A DNA stretch of 57,351 nucleotides, taken from an uncultured Eubacterium sp. Lineage in GTDB: Bacteria > Bacillota > Clostridia > Lachnospirales > Lachnospiraceae. Below are positions 39,414 through 48,220 of the stretch, piece after piece. Location: NCBI GenBank assembly GCA_905236235.1, contig CAJOPA010000084.1, positions 1 to 57,351 of the forward strand, read 5' to 3'. A program made the translations under genes and the position numbers. Every line of letters begins with the position of its first letter. The first letter of the stretch is position 1. The notes below the pieces were generated by a model. It was not told the DNA's origin. It did no database searches and worked only from the letters and a program-made list of their open reading frames with translations.

Positions 39414-40067
39414 TCACTGTGCATCTTGTAATAAAGTACTGAGTTTTAGGATCAGATCGCGGATCCTTTCGTTTTCCATCCGCATGGAAACCTGGTTAAC
39501 AACCATTCTCGCGGAAAGCGGGCAGATCTCTTCCAATACCACGAGCCCGTTTGCTTTTAACGTGGAACCCGTCTCCACAATATCCACGATCACTTCGGAT
39601 AATCCGACGATCGGCGCCAGTTCGATCGATCCGTTTAATTTGATGATCTCTACCGTCTGGTGCTTGGTATTATAAAAATAATCCTTGGCGATCGCGGGGT
39701 ATTTGGTGGCAACGCGGATCAGCTCATGGTGTTTGAGCATTTCCGCAGAAGACTGCGGTCCGCAGACACACATCCTGCATTTGCCGAATCCGAGATCCAA
39801 AACCTCAAAGAGGTTTCGTCCCTCTTCCATCAGTGTATCCTTCCCTACGATTCCGATATCGGCTGCACCGTATTCCACATAAGTGGGTACATCCGGTCCT
39901 TTGGCAAGGAAAAATTTCATTTTGAGTTCTTCATTTACAAAGATCAGTTTTCTCGTGTCCTTGTCTTCCATCTCCTTACAGGTGATCCCCGCACGCGAAA
40001 GAAGATCCATGGTCTGATTGGCAAGCCGACCTTTGGTAAGCGCAAAAGTTAAATATCGCATAGACAT
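39414..40067 (-). CDS. hisG: ATP phosphoribosyltransferase, short (HisZ-dependent) form
   Basis: Start is the ATG 10 nt after GGAGA ([15 protein letters not shown]). Contains [11 protein letters not shown] and [13 protein letters not shown]. Confidence 0.92.
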   Translation of the reverse strand: MSMRYLTFALTKGRLANQTMDLLSRAGITCKEMEDKDTRKLIFVNEELKMKFFLAKGPDVPTYVEYGAADIGIVGKDTLMEEGRNLFEVLDLGFGKCRMCVCGPQSSAEMLKHHELIRVATKYPAIAKDYFYNTKHQTVEIIKLNGSIELAPIVGLSEVIVDIVETGSTLKANGLVVLEEICPLSARMVVNQVSMRMENERIRDLILKLSTLLQDAQ

Positions 40068-40081
40068 TCCAAATCCATCTC

Positions 40082-41266
40082 CTATAGTATCTTCCATTCC
40101 CCGATCCCTAAACGTTTGGCATAAGCCTCGTAAACCTCGGGATCCTCACCGAAGGTTTTCTGCATGATCTGCACGCTTCTTCCCGCCTGCCGCAGCTTTA
40201 CGGCCTCATTGATCGCATCTTTTCGCTTCTCGGCCGCATAAACGATCAGCACATCATCCTTTGGGATCTCCGGCAGAAGGTCGCCTCGCTCAAGCAGCGT
40301 AAGCATGCTGTCCAAACGGATCATGGCACCTACCGCAGGCGCGTTCTTGCCAAAATGCGAAAGCAGTTCATCATAGCGTCCGCCTTTCGCAATGGCCTCA
40401 CCGCTTCCGTACGTATATCCATCAAATACGATGCCGGTATAGTAATCATAACGACTGAGGAAGCTCAGATCGAAGCTGATGTATTGCGCATATCCGTAGA
40501 AAGAAAGGATCTCATACAATTTCTCCAGCCGCTCTACCGCACGAACGCATCCGGGAATATCGCTGACCTTCTCCTTGGCGGCCTTTAAAGCATCCAGCGA
40601 TTCGCCGAAAACAGGCAGTAAGGAGAAAAGCTCCAGGAAACGCGGATCCGTGCCTGCATCCTCCAAAATGCCCTGTGCGCCGAAGTAATTTTTCATGCTG
40701 ATGCATTCCCGGATCTCCTCGATAAGCTCCGGTGAAAGGGAAGCTGCCTCGCAAAGGCTTTTAAAAAACTCCACATGTCCGACGGAGATCTGAAACTCCG
40801 AAAGACCTGCGGCAAGAAAACACTCCACCACAAGCGCGATGATCTCTCCGTCCGCATCCACGCTCCCGTCGCCGATATATTCGGCGCCAAGCTCCGTCGT
40901 CTCCTTTAATCTTCCCTGATAACTCGTATTGTTAACATATGTGTTGCCGGCATAGCAAAATTTGACCGGCAGGTTTTCGTCCATATAATACTTTGCCGTC
41001 GCCCTTGCCACGGAAGGTGTAATATCGGGCCGCAGTACCAGGGTATTGCCCTCTCTGTCAAAAAATTTGTAAAGATCCTTCGAGGGCGTCGTCCCGATCT
41101 CCGCGGAAAAAATATCAAAATATTCAAACGTCGGCGTTTGAATCGGCGAAAATCCGTAGGATGTCACCACGGAAAACAAACGATTTTGCAATCGCATCTT
41201 TTGACGATATTCTCCGTTATAGATGTCCCGTACGCCTTCGGGAGTATGTAATAATCTTTTTGGCAT
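40082..41266 (-). CDS. hisZ: ATP phosphoribosyltransferase regulatory subunit HisZ (HisRS paralogue)
   Basis: 394 aa. HisRS-like class II core ([24 protein letters not shown]) without an anticodon-binding domain, located upstream of short-form hisG. Confidence 0.85.
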   Translation of the reverse strand: MPKRLLHTPEGVRDIYNGEYRQKMRLQNRLFSVVTSYGFSPIQTPTFEYFDIFSAEIGTTPSKDLYKFFDREGNTLVLRPDITPSVARATAKYYMDENLPVKFCYAGNTYVNNTSYQGRLKETTELGAEYIGDGSVDADGEIIALVVECFLAAGLSEFQISVGHVEFFKSLCEAASLSPELIEEIRECISMKNYFGAQGILEDAGTDPRFLELFSLLPVFGESLDALKAAKEKVSDIPGCVRAVERLEKLYEILSFYGYAQYISFDLSFLSRYDYYTGIVFDGYTYGSGEAIAKGGRYDELLSHFGKNAPAVGAMIRLDSMLTLLERGDLLPEIPKDDVLIVYAAEKRKDAINEAVKLRQAGRSVQIMQKTFGEDPEVYEAYAKRLGIGEWKIL

Positions 41267-41291
41267 GGTCTGTCTCCTATAATCACTTTAG

Positions 41292-41326
41292 CATGCTACC
41301 ATGTTAGCATGGTAGCATGGTAGCAC
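41292..41326. promoter_or_regulatory. Perfect palindrome plus tandem octamer overlapping the his promoter (candidate operator)
   Basis: Minus strand: CTACCATG-CTACCATG-CTAA-CATGGTAG-CATG, i.e. 12-bp arms CATGCTACCATG / CATGGTAGCATG around CTAA (41292-41319). An extra upstream copy of CTACCATG extends it to 41323. Confidence 0.5.
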
Positions 41327-41337
41327 AACATAGTCAA
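41309..41337 (-). promoter_or_regulatory. Candidate promoter of the hisZGDB-IE cluster
   Basis: Minus strand: TTGACT (41337-41332), a 17-nt spacer, then TACCAT (41314-41309) with an extended -10 TGc. The -10 lies inside the left palindrome arm. Confidence 0.5.
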
Positions 41338-41355
41338 CCTTTTTTTAATAACATC

Positions 41356-41886
41356 TCACCTGCGATCCAAATCCTTCTGCAGCATGGGCAAAAAAGGCAC
41401 CCACAGTGCATTGGGACTTTCAAAAAAGTATTCCTCTTTTAATTCGTCCATACGAAAACTTTTACGCCCGCCGTCTTCCATGCGATTCCAAAAGAACAAA
41501 AGCTCATCGAGCGTCAGATAATAGAATCGCTCAAGCTTCGTAAAATACAGCAAAAAGAAGCTGATCCCGCCCTGTTTTTCAAAATCCTCCATAAACTTCA
41601 CCTGATGTTCATGGATATTATGCAGCGGAAAAGTGGTCTCCCGACACTCCTTTGCGTCAAAGCATACCGGGATCCCCTGCACGGCGCCGATGTAATCAAC
41701 CGTACTCTTGGCATCGAAATACGCCAGAGTAATATGCCGGGAGGATTGGTCGATCTCGATCGGTGTAATGGGCGTGGGGATCTTTTGGATCAGAGCAAGC
41801 TCCTTTTCCCTGTACATTTCTATCGTATGATTTACCATTTCCTCTAAAAGCGATCCTCGTAAACCGCGGGAATTCCAAGTCGCCAT
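41356..41886 (-). CDS. recU: Holliday junction resolvase RecU
   Basis: 176 aa. Contains RGLRGSLLEEMVN, ALIQKIPTPI, STVDYIGAVQGIPVCFDAKE and HQVKFMEDF. Confidence 0.9.
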   Translation of the reverse strand: MATWNSRGLRGSLLEEMVNHTIEMYREKELALIQKIPTPITPIEIDQSSRHITLAYFDAKSTVDYIGAVQGIPVCFDAKECRETTFPLHNIHEHQVKFMEDFEKQGGISFFLLYFTKLERFYYLTLDELLFFWNRMEDGGRKSFRMDELKEEYFFESPNALWVPFLPMLQKDLDRR

Positions 41887-41889
41887 AGC

Positions 41890-42564
41890 CTATGCCTCTC
41901 CATCCGCTATCTTCTTCGGGATAAAAGTTACAAGCGACGGATCGTAAAAGATCCTGTTTTCCCAAAGCACCTCAGGCTTTCCGTCAATGACCTTCACCTC
42001 GTTGACCGCACAGTTAAATTGATGGTTCCCCCAAAACTCCGCGATGGGATACGGTTTTAAAAGCACCAAAAATCCGCGGCAGACCGCGCCGTGACAAGCC
42101 ACGAGCACCCTGTCGCATTTGCCTTCCAAGGGAAGGATCTCCTCCTCCCAAAAAGACTTAAGACGCGTAAGGAGATGCGGAATGTCTTCCGCACCGTTTT
42201 TTGCAACATAATTTGCAGGATCATTAAAAAACGGCGCCAGCGCATCCTCTCCCACAGCTTCCTTTAATTCATCAAACCGCATGCCTTCGTATCCGCCAAA
42301 GCAGATCTCCTTTAATCTTTGATCGGGTTGCGGCTTTAGACCACTGCCATCCAGAAGGATCTCACATGTTTTGCTTGCACGCACAAGCGGCGAAGTAAAC
42401 GCATGATCAAAGACAAAACCTTCCTCTTTCAGTTTCTTTGCCGTAACAAAAGCCAGTTCAATGCCCTTATCATTTAAGGGGATATCCGAATCGCCTTGCA
42501 GGCGACGTTCTTTATTCCATTGTGTCTCTCCGTGTCTGACAAAATCTACGATCATAAATGACAA
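41890..42564 (-). CDS. Histidine phosphatase (phosphoglycerate mutase-like) family protein
   Basis: 224 aa. Contains the RHG motif FVRHGETQWN, plus TSPLVRA and ACHGAV. Confidence 0.8.
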   Translation of the reverse strand: MSFMIVDFVRHGETQWNKERRLQGDSDIPLNDKGIELAFVTAKKLKEEGFVFDHAFTSPLVRASKTCEILLDGSGLKPQPDQRLKEICFGGYEGMRFDELKEAVGEDALAPFFNDPANYVAKNGAEDIPHLLTRLKSFWEEEILPLEGKCDRVLVACHGAVCRGFLVLLKPYPIAEFWGNHQFNCAVNEVKVIDGKPEVLWENRIFYDPSLVTFIPKKIADGEA

Positions 42565-43535
42565 TCCTTCCTGATCTTTTGATATGCAACAGGCGGCTCA
42601 ATCCGAAACTCTTTGCGGGAAAGATAGGAAAAATCTCCCGAAACTTCCGGAAAAACAACCCGATAGGCCACAAGCGCCTGGCCAAAAGTCTTCCCTGCCT
42701 TGCCTGCGGTTTTATTCGCGGCGTACTTCGGATCTCCAACCAAAGGATATCCGAGATAGGCCATATGTGCGCGAAGCTGGTGGCTTTTACCTGTTAAAAG
42801 CTCCAATTCCCATTCGCTGTAATCGGCATTGCATCCAAGCACTCTGCCACGGGTGTGGATCTTCTTGGCTTCGGGACGAGGCTCGGAAAAGATCTGTACC
42901 TTATTGTTTTTTGAATCCTTAAGAAGAAAATCTTCCCGGTCAAAATCATGCTCTGCTTTGCCGTAGGTCAGGCAAAGATAATACTTATGCAACGAGCGGT
43001 CACGCAGTATTTCGGAAAGAAACTGCGATCCGGAAAGCGTTTTACCGCACAAAACGATGCCGGAGGTATTGCGATCGAGCCGATTGCATACCGACGGGCG
43101 AAAGATCGTCTCATTTCCCTCGGAGATCTCCCCTTTTTCGTGCAGGTAGCAGAGCATCTCTTCGTTTAGGGAAACATCCTGCGGCTTTGCCTTTTGCGAA
43201 AGTATACCGGAGGGTTTATCCAAAAAAAGGAGGTCCCGATCCTCGTATACAACGCGGATGTGCTCCGGGCAAAAGGCGGTGGGCACGGACCGATCCGTGG
43301 AAAAAAGCGCCTCCGGTCGGTGAAATTTGAAGATCGTCTCATCCGACAAAAAAAGAGAGATCTCATCACCGGCAGCAAGCTTCTCGGGCCCTTTGGCTTT
43401 CCCGCCGTTTAATGTAATGTTTTTCTTGCGGAGCATTTTATAGATAAAGGCGGATCCTGCTTGGTTAAAATACCGGCTCAGGTATCGATCCAGCCGCTGA
43501 CCCGCATCCTCATTTGCGATCGTTATCTTTTGCAT
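42552..43535 (-). CDS. RluA-family pseudouridine synthase
   Basis: Starts at the internal ATG (MQKITIANEDAGQRLDRYL). S4-like N-terminus, NRLDRNTSGIVL and GKSHQLRAH. Confidence 0.88.
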   Translation of the reverse strand: MQKITIANEDAGQRLDRYLSRYFNQAGSAFIYKMLRKKNITLNGGKAKGPEKLAAGDEISLFLSDETIFKFHRPEALFSTDRSVPTAFCPEHIRVVYEDRDLLFLDKPSGILSQKAKPQDVSLNEEMLCYLHEKGEISEGNETIFRPSVCNRLDRNTSGIVLCGKTLSGSQFLSEILRDRSLHKYYLCLTYGKAEHDFDREDFLLKDSKNNKVQIFSEPRPEAKKIHTRGRVLGCNADYSEWELELLTGKSHQLRAHMAYLGYPLVGDPKYAANKTAGKAGKTFGQALVAYRVVFPEVSGDFSYLSRKEFRIEPPVAYQKIRKDCHL

Positions 43536-43555
43536 AAATAACTCTTCCTTAAGTG

Positions 43556-43586
43556 AAAAAAGACATTTTACATATCGTAAAATGCC
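43556..43586 (-). terminator. Intrinsic terminator after the coiled-coil gene
   Basis: Minus strand: GGCATTTTAC-gatat-GTAAAATGTC (10-bp stem including one G-U pair) followed by TTTTTT. Confidence 0.75.
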
Positions 43587-43600
43587 TTTGGTTAAGGATC

Positions 43601-44251
43601 CTAGATCGGAATATCCAAATCCGCGGTATCCGCTGTGACTTTTTGTGCTCCGGGCGCAGATGGTGCTGCCGGCGGCACTTGTGCCTGTGCTTCCGCAACT
43701 CTTACCTCCTCCTGCGGGGGATTGAGCTCCAGTCGATTGGCAACAATAACATCCAGGCAATTTTGCAGATTGGTAAGGAGCGCATCATTGCGGCTCTTCT
43801 GCGCATCGATCGCATGCGTAAGTATCGCCTCGATGGTCCGAAGCTGCTCATCTGTATAGTCCATGGCGCTCTGCCGGATGGCGTTCGCCTCTCCCGTGGC
43901 ACGGTCAATCGTCTCCTGCGCCTGATTGGTGGCAGAGAGTACGATCTCGTTGGCCCGGGCATACGCCTGCAGCATGATCTGATGATCACTGATCAGCTCG
44001 TTGGTCTGGATCTGCGCCTGCGCGATGATCTCATCCGCCTTGGCCTGTGCATCGGAAAGAATATTCTCCCGATTGCTGATGATCGACTGGCACTGTCTGA
44101 GCTCACTCGGTATCTTCATCCGAAGCTCGCCCAGGAATTCTTCCAAAACATCTTTGTCAACGATGATATTCTTACTGGAAAAGGTTTGATATTTACACTC
44201 GGATACGTAATCCTCGATCTCTTCAATGATCTGCTCAATCTTGCTGCTCAT
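43601..44251 (-). CDS. Coiled-coil protein of unknown function
   Basis: 216 aa, rich in Ala/Gln/Glu heptad-like sequence, with a Pro/Ala-rich tail (VPPAAPSAPGAQ). An AAAGGGAAG RBS precedes it. The 241-aa antisense ORF is a shadow. Confidence 0.55.
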   Translation of the reverse strand: MSSKIEQIIEEIEDYVSECKYQTFSSKNIIVDKDVLEEFLGELRMKIPSELRQCQSIISNRENILSDAQAKADEIIAQAQIQTNELISDHQIMLQAYARANEIVLSATNQAQETIDRATGEANAIRQSAMDYTDEQLRTIEAILTHAIDAQKSRNDALLTNLQNCLDVIVANRLELNPPQEEVRVAEAQAQVPPAAPSAPGAQKVTADTADLDIPI

Positions 44252-44268
44252 TTATCTTCCCTTTCTAA

Positions 44269-44757
44269 TTATTTGTGAAGCTCTTTCATCTTACGGTCAA
44301 TCCACGGGATCGTCTTGGGCGACACAAATTTTGAAACATCTCCCCCAAAATAAGCTGTTTCCCGTATGGTAGTCGAGGAAAGGTAGGAATACTTGAGATC
44401 CGTTACGAAAAACATGGTATCGATCTCATGATTCAAAACGCGATTGGTCTGTGCGATCTGTAATTCATAATCAAAATCCGTTACAACACGCAGTCCGCGA
44501 ACGATCAGTCTGGCGTCCATTTTCTTTGCAAAATCCGCCAGCAATCCGTCGAACGTCTCCACCCTGACATTCGGAAAATCTTCCGCAATCTCTTCTAACA
44601 TCTTAACACGTTCATCTACAGAAAACAACGGAGTTTTTGCAGGGTTGTGAAGAACGCCGATAATAAGTTCGTCCACGATCAAGGACGCCCGTTTGATGAT
44701 GTCAATATGCCCTAAGGACACCGGATCAAAGGTTCCGGGATAAATAGCTCGTTTCAT
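44269..44757 (-). CDS. coaD: Phosphopantetheine adenylyltransferase
   Basis: 162 aa. Contains AIYPGTFDPVSLGHIDII and ISSTTIRE. Confidence 0.95.
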   Translation of the reverse strand: MKRAIYPGTFDPVSLGHIDIIKRASLIVDELIIGVLHNPAKTPLFSVDERVKMLEEIAEDFPNVRVETFDGLLADFAKKMDARLIVRGLRVVTDFDYELQIAQTNRVLNHEIDTMFFVTDLKYSYLSSTTIRETAYFGGDVSKFVSPKTIPWIDRKMKELHK

Positions 44758-45314
44758 AAATCTTCCTTTCTGACGATAAATAGATGACGATTATTTTTAT
44801 ATTCTTTGATACGGCGGATCTCAAATCCGAGATCTCCCAGAAATGAAAAATCCGTATGCTTATCCGCCTCAACAATACACAAGGTATCCTCTTTTAAACC
44901 ATGCGATTCCCGAAGCTCTTCAAAGATCTCTTTCTCAAGCCCGCCATGGTAAGGCGGATCGATAAAAATGATATCAAATCCCATTCCTTCCGGAATCTTT
45001 TTTAAAAATGATCTGTAATCGGCACAGGAAACCTCGCCGCGATCCGAAAGCTTTGTAAATACGAGATTCTCGCGGATCACCTGCGTACAAGCCCTGTTTT
45101 TATCACAAAATGCGCAATGGGAAGCACCTCTGCTTAAAGCCTCGATCCCGACCCCTCCGCTTCCGGCAAAAAGATCGAGAAACCGGCAATCCTCAATGTC
45201 ATCCTGCAATATGTTGAATAACGTTTCCTTTACCTTGTCCTGGGTGGGACGGGTTTGATTACCGGCAATGGTTTTTAAGGGCAAATGTCTGGCGCTGCCG
45301 GCGATAACTCTCAT
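44754..45314 (-). CDS. rsmD: 16S rRNA (guanine966-N2)-methyltransferase RsmD
   Basis: 186 aa. Contains MRVIAGSARH, TRPTQDKVKE, LDLFAGSGGVGIEALSRGA and IFIDPPY. Confidence 0.9.
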   Translation of the reverse strand: MRVIAGSARHLPLKTIAGNQTRPTQDKVKETLFNILQDDIEDCRFLDLFAGSGGVGIEALSRGASHCAFCDKNRACTQVIRENLVFTKLSDRGEVSCADYRSFLKKIPEGMGFDIIFIDPPYHGGLEKEIFEELRESHGLKEDTLCIVEADKHTDFSFLGDLGFEIRRIKEYKNNRHLFIVRKEDL

Positions 45315-45799
45315 GATCCTTCCTCCGCTTGCAATATAGAATTGTAAAGAAGCAAAAGCGCGCCTTCACACGCCGCCTCCCGAATCTGCCTCCGGTCACC
45401 CTGAAACGTAAACTTCTCTACTGCCGAAAAGTCTCCGTGACATATTCCCGCATACACCAGTCCCACCGGAAGATCTCCGGAAGGAACAGGCCCGGCTTCT
45501 CCGGTAACGGATAACGCCCAGTCACATCCGGCCGCATCCCTCGCGCCGATCGCCATCTGCCTTGCGCAGGGCTCCGATACCGCCGTATGCACATGAAGGA
45601 CCTCTTCGGAAACGTGAAAAAATTTCTTTTTGGCATCATCACTGTAGGAAATGTAGCCTTCCTTATAAACGGCGGAAACACCGGCAACATCCACAAAACG
45701 TGCACTGACAAGACCACCGGTCAAAGATTCCGCAAAGGTTACGGTCTCATTTCTTTTTTTTAACAATGCAAAGATCTTTTGTTCCAAAGATGCTTCCAT
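45311..45799 (-). CDS. CinA C-terminal-domain protein (nicotinamide-nucleotide amidohydrolase PncC-like)
   Basis: Starts at the internal ATG. Contains TVTFAESLTGGLVSARF and ALSVTGEAGP. The N-terminal MoCF domain is absent. Confidence 0.85.
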   Translation of the reverse strand: MEASLEQKIFALLKKRNETVTFAESLTGGLVSARFVDVAGVSAVYKEGYISYSDDAKKKFFHVSEEVLHVHTAVSEPCARQMAIGARDAAGCDWALSVTGEAGPVPSGDLPVGLVYAGICHGDFSAVEKFTFQGDRRQIREAACEGALLLLYNSILQAEEGS

Positions 45800-45836
45800 A
45801 ACACGCCTTTCCGCGTCCGTGCGCTCTCCTGCCGAT

Positions 45837-46379
45837 CTAAGACTGCTCTTTAAGGACCGCCTTGTTTTTCCAAAGATAATCCACCAGGGAAACGATCGTA
45901 AGGATGAGCGCAATCCAAACAAGAACCTGCTGCAGCAAAACAAAGTAGGGATGGTAAAACGGCAGGCACAGGGCGATCACCATGAGCATCTGAAATGTGG
46001 TTTTAAACTTGCCCCAATAACTTGCCGCGATCACCACGCCGTTATCGGAAGCCACCAGGCGAAATCCGCTGATGATAAATTCCCTGCAGATGATCACGAT
46101 CACAACCACGCAGGACAATCGTCCCATCGCGACAAGGCAGATCATGGCGGAGCATACCAAGAGCTTATCCGCCAGAGGGTCCGCGAATTTGCCGAAGTTG
46201 GTGATCAGATTGTATTTACGTGCGATCTTGCCATCCGCAAGATCCGTCAAACACGCCAGGATAAAGATCGCAAGCGCGAAATAATCCGAAAGATCCCCCC
46301 AACGGTCCGTTAACAGAAAAAATACAAAGAAGGGGATCATAAAAATACGAAGTAAGGTTAATTTATTGGGCAGATTCAT
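45837..46379 (-). CDS. pgsA: CDP-diacylglycerol--glycerol-3-phosphate 3-phosphatidyltransferase
   Basis: 180 aa. Contains NLPNKLTLLRI and the CDP-alcohol phosphatidyltransferase motif DLADGKIARKYNLITNFGKFADPLADK. Confidence 0.92.
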   Translation of the reverse strand: MNLPNKLTLLRIFMIPFFVFFLLTDRWGDLSDYFALAIFILACLTDLADGKIARKYNLITNFGKFADPLADKLLVCSAMICLVAMGRLSCVVVIVIICREFIISGFRLVASDNGVVIAASYWGKFKTTFQMLMVIALCLPFYHPYFVLLQQVLVWIALILTIVSLVDYLWKNKAVLKEQS

Positions 46380-47707
46380 AGCATTTCTCCAATCAAATCA
46401 TAGGCTTTGGCATCGAGGATCCGGACAGAAACCATGTCTCCCGCATAGAGATTCCTGTCGGAAGTAAAAAACACCAATCCGTCCACATCCGGGGCATCCC
46501 GAAAGCTTCGTCCCGCATAGACATCTTCCTCGGGCAGATACCCATCCACCATCACCTCCATCAGGTTTCCGATGAAACGTTTAGAGATATCCGCGGACAC
46601 AGCCTGCTGTAATTCCATAACATCCGCATAGCGGATTTCCTTTTCCTCTTCATCGATCTGGTCGGGATAGGAAGCCGCCGGCGTATCCTCTTCCGGAGAA
46701 TACGTAAATGCACCGAGACGGTCAAACTCCATATCATCCACAAAATCGATCAATTCCCGCATGTCCTCCTGCGTTTCCCCGGGAAAACCGACGATCATGG
46801 TCGTGCGCAGGCAGATATCGGGAATCTCTTTGCGAAGCTTTGCGATCAAAGACCGAAGCATCTCCTGATCGCATCTTCTGCCCATCCGCTTTAGGATCCT
46901 GTCGGAAGCATGCTGGATCGGCAGATCCAGATAATGACAGACCTTGGGATTGGATCGGATCTCACCGATCAAGGCATCATCGATCTCCTCGGGATAGCAA
47001 TACATGACGCGAAGTCTGAGGATCCCGTCGATCTCCGACAACGCATGCAATAAGGCCGCCAGACGCTTTTCTCCGTAAAGATCCACGCCGTAGATCGTCG
47101 TCTCCTGTGCCACGAGGATCAATTCCTTGATACCTTGCGATGCAAGGCATCTTGCCTCCTCAACCAGTTTTTCCATAGGAACAGACCGATATCCGCCGCG
47201 CATGGAAGGGATCGCACAATAGGTGCAGTGTTTGTTGCACCCCTCTGCGATCTTAAGGTAAGCATAACACACAGGCGAGGAAAGAACACGCTTGGCATCG
47301 GTTTTACACAGCGTTTGAAAATCCCGCCGAAAGGCATAGACCTCTCTTTTTTCCTGCCGGGATAACGTAAGCAACGCCTCTGCGATCTTATCGTAGGCGT
47401 TTGTTCCGAGAATGGCATCCACCTCGGGAAATTCCGTCGAAAAATCCGCGAAATAACGCTCCGCAAGACATCCGGTCACAAGGATATATCGCAGTTTCCC
47501 TTGAGTTTTATAAGGAAGCAGGTCGCAGATCGTCGTAATGCTTTCTTCCTTGGCATCCTTGATAAATCCACAGGTATTGACAACGCAAGCATCCGCCTCT
47601 TTAAGATCGTCCGTCAAAACAAACCCCGCTTCCCGAAGGATTCCAAGCATCTCTTCGGAGTCCGCAAGGTTTTTATCACACCCAAGGGAGATCATGAAAA
47701 CTTTCAT
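46376..47707 (-). CDS. rimO: Ribosomal protein S12 methylthiotransferase RimO
   Basis: Starts at the internal ATG (MKVFMISLGCDKNLADSE). Radical SAM cluster CNKHCTYC and a C-terminal TRAM-like domain. Confidence 0.93.
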   Translation of the reverse strand: MKVFMISLGCDKNLADSEEMLGILREAGFVLTDDLKEADACVVNTCGFIKDAKEESITTICDLLPYKTQGKLRYILVTGCLAERYFADFSTEFPEVDAILGTNAYDKIAEALLTLSRQEKREVYAFRRDFQTLCKTDAKRVLSSPVCYAYLKIAEGCNKHCTYCAIPSMRGGYRSVPMEKLVEEARCLASQGIKELILVAQETTIYGVDLYGEKRLAALLHALSEIDGILRLRVMYCYPEEIDDALIGEIRSNPKVCHYLDLPIQHASDRILKRMGRRCDQEMLRSLIAKLRKEIPDICLRTTMIVGFPGETQEDMRELIDFVDDMEFDRLGAFTYSPEEDTPAASYPDQIDEEEKEIRYADVMELQQAVSADISKRFIGNLMEVMVDGYLPEEDVYAGRSFRDAPDVDGLVFFTSDRNLYAGDMVSVRILDAKAYDLIGEML

Positions 47708-47763
47708 ACCCGGGCTTTCGACCCGGGTATTGCCATCATTCCTATCCATTCTGTCTTGAAACT

Positions 47764-48216
47764 TTATTCTTCCGCATCGGAAGCGTCGGCATCCGCAACA
47801 CCCTCTGCCTCTGCGTCCTCAACATCTTCGCTGACTTCAAACAATTCTTCTTCATCGGCAGCTTCTGCCTCAAGCTGAGCCTGTTCTGCCTCAAGAGCAG
47901 CCTCTCTCAAACGTCTTGCCGTTTCTTCCTCGGCAAGCTGTTTCTGGTGCTTGGCTTCCTCTTCTTTTTCTTTATATTCCTGCGCCTCCTCGTCGTTTAA
48001 GACCTGTACCTTCTTGCGATACACTTCTTCCACGGCGATGGAGAACGGCTTGTTGCATTTGGCATAAACAAGCGGTTCCTTGCCGTCAATGATCTGGCGC
48101 GCACGCTTCGCCGTCGCCATAACGATGGAGTAGCGACTGTTAACGACCGGCTGCTCTCCGTTTTCCACATTGCTGTTTACGATATCCATCAGATCGGTAT
48201 AAGAGGGATGTAACAT
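47764..48216 (-). CDS. rpoZ: RNA polymerase omega subunit with a long acidic C-terminal extension
   Basis: The N-terminal ~70 aa form the omega core (NSRYSIVMATAKRARQI). Sits in the conserved gmk-rpoZ position. About 80 extra Glu/Ala/Asp-rich residues follow. Confidence 0.85.
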   Translation of the reverse strand: MLHPSYTDLMDIVNSNVENGEQPVVNSRYSIVMATAKRARQIIDGKEPLVYAKCNKPFSIAVEEVYRKKVQVLNDEEAQEYKEKEEEAKHQKQLAEEETARRLREAALEAEQAQLEAEAADEEELFEVSEDVEDAEAEGVADADASDAEE

Positions 48217-48220
48217 GAAT

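Noticed and set aside
41267-41355. T-box riboswitch or leader-peptide attenuator for the his operon
   Set aside because: Only 89 nt are available, far shorter than a T-box. There is no specifier or T-box sequence, no short ORF with His codons, and no U-tract after the hairpin.
43536-43760. 75-residue N-terminal extension of the RluA-family ORF
   Set aside because: It would run through the terminator hairpin and the 3' end of the coiled-coil gene. The family-typical start MQKITI..GQRLDRYL is at 43535.
43553-44278. 241-aa + strand ORF covering the whole coiled-coil gene
   Set aside because: The product is Leu/Arg-rich and low-complexity, typical of the antisense frame of an Ala/Gln/Glu-rich gene. 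It has no RBS. The minus-strand ORF has an RBS, a terminator and operon context.
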